Assembly: GCA_022710585.1 (NCBI GenBank)
Contig: JAKLGV010000002.1
Span: 182,659 to 246,658, forward strand
From: Deltaproteobacteria bacterium
GTDB lineage: Bacteria > Desulfobacterota > Syntrophia > Syntrophales > Smithellaceae
Direction of reading: 5' to 3'
DNA: 64,000 bases
A model generated the notes under the pieces. The model was not told the DNA's origin. It did not search any database and worked only from the letters and a program-made list of their open reading frames with translations. Shown here piece after piece: positions 49,158 through 55,128 of this stretch (positions within the stretch are counted from its first letter, which is position 1; each line of letters starts with the position of its first letter). A program made the translations under genes and the position numbers.

Positions 49158-52142
49158 ATGGCTGTAAAGAAAACAAATGGAAAGAAAATAGAAACGCTTA
49201 TTCATGATGAGGCGAGGCGTAAAAATATTCCGACTGCCGAGTTTCAGTCTGTCATCCAGAAAGAAGCGCAGGACCCGCTGAAAATAAAATATCCGCGTAA
49301 CGTTGATGGATTGAACGAAGAAAAAGAAAACCGCAACCGCGACCTTGATCCGCAACTGGTCTGGCGTGGCAAGGATGAGCAGGACTGGTCGGATTTGGTC
49401 GTTCATGCGCCGCCGCTTTACATTCAGGAAAAAGTTCATCCCAAAGTTTTGATTGATGACTTGCTGAAACGCACCGAATCCGACAAGCAGGCCGCCGAAA
49501 CGCAAACCGACCTCTTTGCCGATTTCAACGGCATGCCGGAAGATGCGACCAAGACAGATTTCTATCAGCACGACCAGAACTGGTCCAACCGCATGATTCT
49601 GGGCGACAGCCTTCAGGTGATGGCGAGTTTAGCCGAGCGTGAAGGTCTGCGCGGCAAGGTGCAATGCATTTATTTTGATCCACCTTACGGCATCAAGTTC
49701 AACTCCAACTTTCAATGGTCAACCACCAGCCGCGACGTTAAAGACGGCAAGGCCGATCACATCACCCGCGAGCCCGAGCAGGTCAAAGCCTTCCGCGACA
49801 CCTGGCGCGACGGGATTCACTCCTACCTGACGTATCTACGCGACCGACTGACGGTGGCGAGGGATTTATTGACTGAAAGTGGCTCGATCTTTGTCCAAAT
49901 CGGCGATGAAAATGTCCACCGCGTTCGGGCAGTGATGGATGAAGTGTTCGGGGAGGAGAACTGCGTAAGTCTGATTCATTTTGTAAAGACGACCGGGAAA
50001 GGTGGCGAGACGGTCGACACAATTACTGACGAAATACTTTGGTATTGCCGGAACAGAGAGCAGCTCAAGGTACGCTCTTTGTGGGCGGAAAGACCTCGCG
50101 CCACTCAGATTAAAATGTTCACGATGGCACAGCGGCCTGATCTATCTGTCTACACCATACCAAGGAAGCAACTTGAATCTGGTGATTTACCAGAAGCTGA
50201 TCGTTGCTTTAAGCCGCAAGGCATGTTTAATGACAGTGGCGGACAAACTACCCGTTACGAGTATTCGTTTGAGTGTAAATCACTCGTGCCTCCTGGCTCC
50301 TACTATTGGCGAACGAATATTGATGGTATGCAGCGGGTTGAAAAATCCGGACGGCTTATCCTGATAGGTAACACACTATCACGCAAGCAATTCGAGGATG
50401 ATTTTCCAGTTACTAGAGTAACTGCGTTATGGCTGGACACGATGCCTTCGGGGTTTGCCTCTGAATCGAGCATCTATGTTGTGCAAACCTCTACCAAAGT
50501 CATTCAACGCTGCCTCCTCATGACCACCGACCCCGGAGACCTCGTACTCGACCCGACATGCGGTTCGGGTACGACAGCTTATGTATCTGAGCAGTGGGGA
50601 CGTCGCTGGATTACAATTGATACCTCACGTGTCGCGCTGGCTCTTGCCCGTGCCCGCATTATGGGCGCGCGTTATCCTTATTATCTGCTGGCTGACAGTC
50701 GCGACGGTCAACTAAAGGAGGCAGAAGTCAGCCGTAAAGAACCCTCCAGCGCACCGACGCATGGCGACATCCGCCAGGGTTTTGTTTATGAGCGCGTTCC
50801 GCACATTACACTCAAATCCATCGCCAACAATACCGAAATCGACGTGATCTGGGAAAAATGGCAGGAAAAGCTCGAACCAATCCGTAAAAAGTTAAATGAA
50901 GCCCTTGGTAAAAAATGGGAAGAATGGGAAATCCCGCGCGACTTCTCCACCGTCATTCCCGCGAAGGCGGGAATCCAGGAAAAAATGAAAGAAGTTGAAA
51001 AGCTTCATACCCAATGGTGGCAACATCGTATCAAGCGCCAAAAAGAAATCGATGCCTCTATAGCCGCCAAGGCTGAATACGAATATCTCTACGACAAACC
51101 TTATGAGGACAAAAAGAAAGTCCGCGTTGCGGGACCTTTCACGGTGGAAAGCCTCTTGCCGCATCGCGTGTTGGGTGTGGATGAAAACGATGAACTGATT
51201 GACGGCGTAAAAGATGCCAGTGATAAATACGGAACTGTACGCGACTTCACACAGATTATTCTGGAAAATCTTAAAGTGGCCGGTGTTCAGCAGGCACACA
51301 AAGAAGATAAAATCGTCTTCACGTCGTTGACACCTTGGCCGGGTTACTACATCTGCGCCGAAGGCAAATACATCGAAGGCGCTTCCATTAAACCCGCGCC
51401 CCTGGTGGGCGAAAGCAAGGGCATACAAAAAAATCCCGCACTGGGAGAAAAGGGCGCACCAAATAATCCCTCTCCCTTGACGGGAGAGGGTAAGGGTGAG
51501 GGTGAAAATGTGATTGCAGGTATAGAAAAACGCGCCGCCATCTTCATTGGCCCGGAATTCAGTACAGTTTCCCGTCCCGATCTGGTTGCCGCCGCCCGCG
51601 AAGCAGGCGACGCCGACTTTGATGTGCTCATCACCTGTGCTTTCAATTATGATGCCCATTCTTCTGAATTCAACAAACTGGGACGCATTCCTGTTCTCAA
51701 AGCTCGCATGAATGCCGATTTACATATGGCCGACGATTTGAAAAACACCGGCAAAGGCAATCTTTTTGTCATCTTTGGAGAGCCCGACATTGACGTCCTG
51801 GATACCAAAGACGGAAAAGTTCAAGTTAAAATCAAAGGAGTGGATGTCTTTCATCCCAGCACCGGCGAAGTCCTTAGCGATGGCGCCGAAGGCATTGCCT
51901 GCTGGTTTATCGATACGGATTACAACGAAGAAAGCTTCTTCGTCCGTCATGCCTATTTCCTGGGAGCAAACGACCCATACAAAGCATTGAAGACGACACT
52001 CAAAGCGGAAATCAACCAGGAAGCATGGGCAACGCTGAACAGCGACATTTCCCGCCCCTTCGACAAACCCAACTCCGGTCGCATCGCCGTAAAAGTAATC
52101 AACCATTTAGGTGATGAGGTGATGAAGGTGTTTAAGGTGTGA
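49158..52142 (+). CDS. mod: Type III-like DNA methyltransferase Mod (N6_N4_Mtase, beta-class motif order)
   Basis: Catalytic motif IYFDPPYG precedes SAM motif LDPTCGSGTTAYV. DPQLVWRGK lies in the N-terminal region. 994 aa. Confidence 0.85.
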   Translation: MAVKKTNGKKIETLIHDEARRKNIPTAEFQSVIQKEAQDPLKIKYPRNVDGLNEEKENRNRDLDPQLVWRGKDEQDWSDLVVHAPPLYIQEKVHPKVLIDDLLKRTESDKQAAETQTDLFADFNGMPEDATKTDFYQHDQNWSNRMILGDSLQVMASLAEREGLRGKVQCIYFDPPYGIKFNSNFQWSTTSRDVKDGKADHITREPEQVKAFRDTWRDGIHSYLTYLRDRLTVARDLLTESGSIFVQIGDENVHRVRAVMDEVFGEENCVSLIHFVKTTGKGGETVDTITDEILWYCRNREQLKVRSLWAERPRATQIKMFTMAQRPDLSVYTIPRKQLESGDLPEADRCFKPQGMFNDSGGQTTRYEYSFECKSLVPPGSYYWRTNIDGMQRVEKSGRLILIGNTLSRKQFEDDFPVTRVTALWLDTMPSGFASESSIYVVQTSTKVIQRCLLMTTDPGDLVLDPTCGSGTTAYVSEQWGRRWITIDTSRVALALARARIMGARYPYYLLADSRDGQLKEAEVSRKEPSSAPTHGDIRQGFVYERVPHITLKSIANNTEIDVIWEKWQEKLEPIRKKLNEALGKKWEEWEIPRDFSTVIPAKAGIQEKMKEVEKLHTQWWQHRIKRQKEIDASIAAKAEYEYLYDKPYEDKKKVRVAGPFTVESLLPHRVLGVDENDELIDGVKDASDKYGTVRDFTQIILENLKVAGVQQAHKEDKIVFTSLTPWPGYYICAEGKYIEGASIKPAPLVGESKGIQKNPALGEKGAPNNPSPLTGEGKGEGENVIAGIEKRAAIFIGPEFSTVSRPDLVAAAREAGDADFDVLITCAFNYDAHSSEFNKLGRIPVLKARMNADLHMADDLKNTGKGNLFVIFGEPDIDVLDTKDGKVQVKIKGVDVFHPSTGEVLSDGAEGIACWFIDTDYNEESFFVRHAYFLGANDPYKALKTTLKAEINQEAWATLNSDISRPFDKPNSGRIAVKVINHLGDEVMKVFKV
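50955..50974. repeat. Perfect hairpin element ATTCCCGC-GAAG-GCGGGAAT inside mod
   Basis: 8-bp stem with a 4-nt loop. In frame it encodes VIPAKAGIQ. The opposite strand encodes LDSRLRGNDG. Confidence 0.5.
51468..51502. repeat. Hairpin CCCTCTCCC-TTGAC-GGGAGAGGG followed by G-tracts (G3N3G3N3G3N3G3) inside mod
   Basis: 9-bp stem at 51468-51476 and 51482-51490. GGGAGAGGGTAAGGGTGAGGG at 51482-51502 fits a G-quadruplex motif. In frame it encodes PSPLTGEGKGEGE. Confidence 0.5.
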
Positions 52143-52173
52143 TAAGTATTAATTACCAATTTAAGGTCAATAT

Positions 52174-54786
52174 ATGAGCTTGATTGATGACATTCTTAAG
52201 TGGTCAGAAAATGAACTTCCTTTATGGCAAAGAGACGCGACGAGGCGTCTCTTTCAGCAAAGTGTCGGATTAACAGATAATGATTACACAGAATTGTATA
52301 GTTTGCTAAAAGCTGCATATGGCTTGCAAAATCCAGCTAATTTAAAACCTATACCATTAAATAGCTCACATCTTCCGATAGCTCCACCTTCTAACGAAAG
52401 AGTTATTTTAAAATCAATGCGAGACTTAAAATATGTTAATCGTATAGCACCTGCTCAAGTATTAGACTTTGCGCCTATTGGAATAACTTTGATTTACGGT
52501 GACAATGGGACAGGTAAATCTGGTTATTCGCGGGTGATGAAACGGGCATGTCGTTCACGCGATCATTCAGAAAGAGTTCTTACCGACGTGACTGATGCCA
52601 AAGCAAGAACACGAATTCCGGAAGCCATTTTTGATATAGAAATAAACAGCGCAGCTAAATCGGTGACATGGATTGATGGTTCGACTACGCCCGATGAGCT
52701 ATCAACCATCTCTGTTTTTGATTGTCATTGTGCGCGTGTCTATCTAACAGAAGAACAGGATGTTGCTTTCTTACCCTATGGATTAGATATAGTTGAAAGT
52801 CTTGCAAATAAAGTAATTCCGGAATTGAGTCTTCGTCTTGAAAATGAAATATCTTGTATCGACGTTGATAGGCAGCCGTTTAATCATTTGCTTGGCGAAA
52901 CGGAAGTCGGTCGTTTAGTCGCTGGGCTGAACGCAAATACTGACATCGAAAGTATTAAGAAATTAGGGAATTTGTCTGACGAGGAGAAAAAACGGATTGA
53001 AGACCTCAACACCGCTTTGTCAGAAGTAGATCCAGCTACAAAAGCTAAAGTATTGAGACTGTCAGCAGAAAGATTGAAAGAACTTGCTAAAAGAATTGAT
53101 AATTGCCTTGCAAGAGTCAGTGATGACAACATACAAAAAATTATTAATTTAGATGCAGATGCAATTGCTGCTTGTAATGAAGAGAAGAAAGCAGCCGAAG
53201 TATTACGCACTGGTGGAAATCTATTGCCTGGCACAGGCGAACACTTATGGAAAACTCTTTTTGAAGCAGCAAAAAAGTATTCTCAAGTTGCATATCCTAC
53301 ACAATCTTTTCCATATCTGGGAACTGACGCTGTCTGTCTTCTTTGTCAACAACCATTGATAGATGTCGGTGATAGAATTAAAAGATTTGATACTTATGTT
53401 TTAAATGATGTTGCTCAGATTGCTAAAACAAAAAAACAATTAGTTGAAGCAACAAGTAATGAGCTTAAACAATCTAATTTAAGTTTTGGGTTAGATAAAT
53501 CTTTAACAGATGAGCTGCGGCTTATTGATGAAGTTGCAGTGAACAAAATTAACACATTTCAGGAGAATATTGCGACACGAAAAGAATGGATAATTTCTAA
53601 TATTGAGTCACATGAATGGGATTCAATACCATTATTGAGTGAAAACCCGCGAAAACATCTAAGAAACATGGCGGCTCAGCAACTTAAGTCTGCAAGGATA
53701 TTTCTTCGAGCAGCTAATTCACTTAAAAAGCAAGAGTTGATAAAAGAACGTAATGAATTGATTGCCCGTCAAACTTTAGGACAAAGTAAGGCGTCTCTTA
53801 TTGCAACGATACAGCGAATGAAACTACGAAAAACGCTGGAATCTTGTAAAAACGATCTTAAAACGAGATCTATTTCTGATAAATCTAAGGTTTTTGCCAG
53901 GGAAACTATAACCCCTCTTCTGAAGAATGCATTGGAAGAGGAGTTTCGGGCTTTGGGTATTGGCCATATAAAAATTAAAGTTGAGGATCGTCCAGAAAAA
54001 GGGAAAATATGGTATCGACTCTTACTTGATCTACCATCAGCTCATAAGCTTGATAACATTCTTAGTGAAGGTGAACAACGCGCAATTGCATTAGGTTCGT
54101 TTTTGGCAGAATTAAAACTTTCTAATCATTCGGGTGGCATAATCTTTGATGATCCTGTCTCATCTTTGGATCATAAACATCGTGGCCGATTTGCAAAGCG
54201 CATAGCAAGTGAAGCGCAGAAACGACAAGTCATAATATTTACACATGATGTAGTTTTCTTATCTCAAATAAGGAGTGAATGTGCAAAGTTAAATATAAAT
54301 CCGCTGACTTATTTTCTTGAAGAAAATGTCGGTTTTTTTGGAAATGTAGCAAAGGGACTTCCATGGATGCATAAAAGCTTTGGCGAACGTATTGACCAAC
54401 TTGAAAAAGCTCATAAAGCATTAGAAAAATTGCCTTGGCCAGCAAGCCCATCTGAAGAATTGGCGGGTAAGATTATTAGACAATATAGTTTTCTCAGAGC
54501 TACGATAGAACGAATAGTGCAAGATTTGATCCTAAACGGAACAGTGCAGAGATTTCGTGATTACATTGAGGTAAAAAAACTTGACCAAGTAGTTGGCCTT
54601 GAACGGGCAGTGGTGGATGAAGTATTTCGACTTTATAAACGATGTAACGATATTATCGAGGCTCATGATCCGGCATCAGTAAAAAATGATCCACCGCCTA
54701 CGCCTGATGAACTGAAAAACGATATTAAAGATCTGAAATATTTAATTGAGAAGGTTCAAGAAAAACATAAGAGTAATAAATCGTAA
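52174..54786 (+). CDS. AAA_13-type ABC/SMC-like ATPase with coiled-coil insert and CxxC hook (RloC/PrrC-like architecture)
   Basis: Walker A is YGDNGTGKSG (about 52498-52524). A long K/E/L-rich helical insert contains CLLC (C388/C391, nt 53335-53346). ABC signature LSEGEQRA, Walker B IIFDDPVSSLD and H-loop FTHD are present. A C-terminal domain of about 190 aa is unassigned. Confidence 0.75.
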   Translation: MSLIDDILKWSENELPLWQRDATRRLFQQSVGLTDNDYTELYSLLKAAYGLQNPANLKPIPLNSSHLPIAPPSNERVILKSMRDLKYVNRIAPAQVLDFAPIGITLIYGDNGTGKSGYSRVMKRACRSRDHSERVLTDVTDAKARTRIPEAIFDIEINSAAKSVTWIDGSTTPDELSTISVFDCHCARVYLTEEQDVAFLPYGLDIVESLANKVIPELSLRLENEISCIDVDRQPFNHLLGETEVGRLVAGLNANTDIESIKKLGNLSDEEKKRIEDLNTALSEVDPATKAKVLRLSAERLKELAKRIDNCLARVSDDNIQKIINLDADAIAACNEEKKAAEVLRTGGNLLPGTGEHLWKTLFEAAKKYSQVAYPTQSFPYLGTDAVCLLCQQPLIDVGDRIKRFDTYVLNDVAQIAKTKKQLVEATSNELKQSNLSFGLDKSLTDELRLIDEVAVNKINTFQENIATRKEWIISNIESHEWDSIPLLSENPRKHLRNMAAQQLKSARIFLRAANSLKKQELIKERNELIARQTLGQSKASLIATIQRMKLRKTLESCKNDLKTRSISDKSKVFARETITPLLKNALEEEFRALGIGHIKIKVEDRPEKGKIWYRLLLDLPSAHKLDNILSEGEQRAIALGSFLAELKLSNHSGGIIFDDPVSSLDHKHRGRFAKRIASEAQKRQVIIFTHDVVFLSQIRSECAKLNINPLTYFLEENVGFFGNVAKGLPWMHKSFGERIDQLEKAHKALEKLPWPASPSEELAGKIIRQYSFLRATIERIVQDLILNGTVQRFRDYIEVKKLDQVVGLERAVVDEVFRLYKRCNDIIEAHDPASVKNDPPPTPDELKNDIKDLKYLIEKVQEKHKSNKS

Positions 54787-54794
54787 TAAGCACC

Positions 54795-55118
54795 ATGAAT
54801 CATAACCGTATAAAAATTGAGTTTTTCCTAAATGAAATAAAAGGTGAAGGTAAATCAAGCCCCGCCGGTATGTATTGGAACGACTTTTTCCTGTTTCTTA
54901 AAAAACACAAAAGCCATAACGAACCTGATCCACCGGTTCCTTTAATACTGGCTGCATCGGGAGAATCAGACGCTTCAAAACATTTTAGGTTATCGGAACA
55001 GTTATATTGGGCTGCAGATCATAATTGTCTTGATGAAGCGATTAAGTTTCTGAAAAATATAAGTTCTGAAAAGTGGAATAAAGGTGCACTGGAAGACTGG
55101 AATAAATCCAACTACTAG
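54795..55118 (+). CDS. Hypothetical 107-aa protein
   Basis: The ORF sits 8 nt after the ATPase stop and 10 nt before the helicase start. It has no recognisable motif and no clear SD. Its AT-rich composition matches the upstream gene. Confidence 0.45.
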   Translation: MNHNRIKIEFFLNEIKGEGKSSPAGMYWNDFFLFLKKHKSHNEPDPPVPLILAASGESDASKHFRLSEQLYWAADHNCLDEAIKFLKNISSEKWNKGALEDWNKSNY

Positions 55119-55128
55119 AGATTATATA

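Noticed and set aside
50892-51659. 255-aa minus-strand ORF containing LDSRLRGNDG
   Set aside because: It is antisense to mod. Its only notable strings come from reading the two palindromic elements on the other strand. I treat it as an artefact, though it helped flag the repeats.
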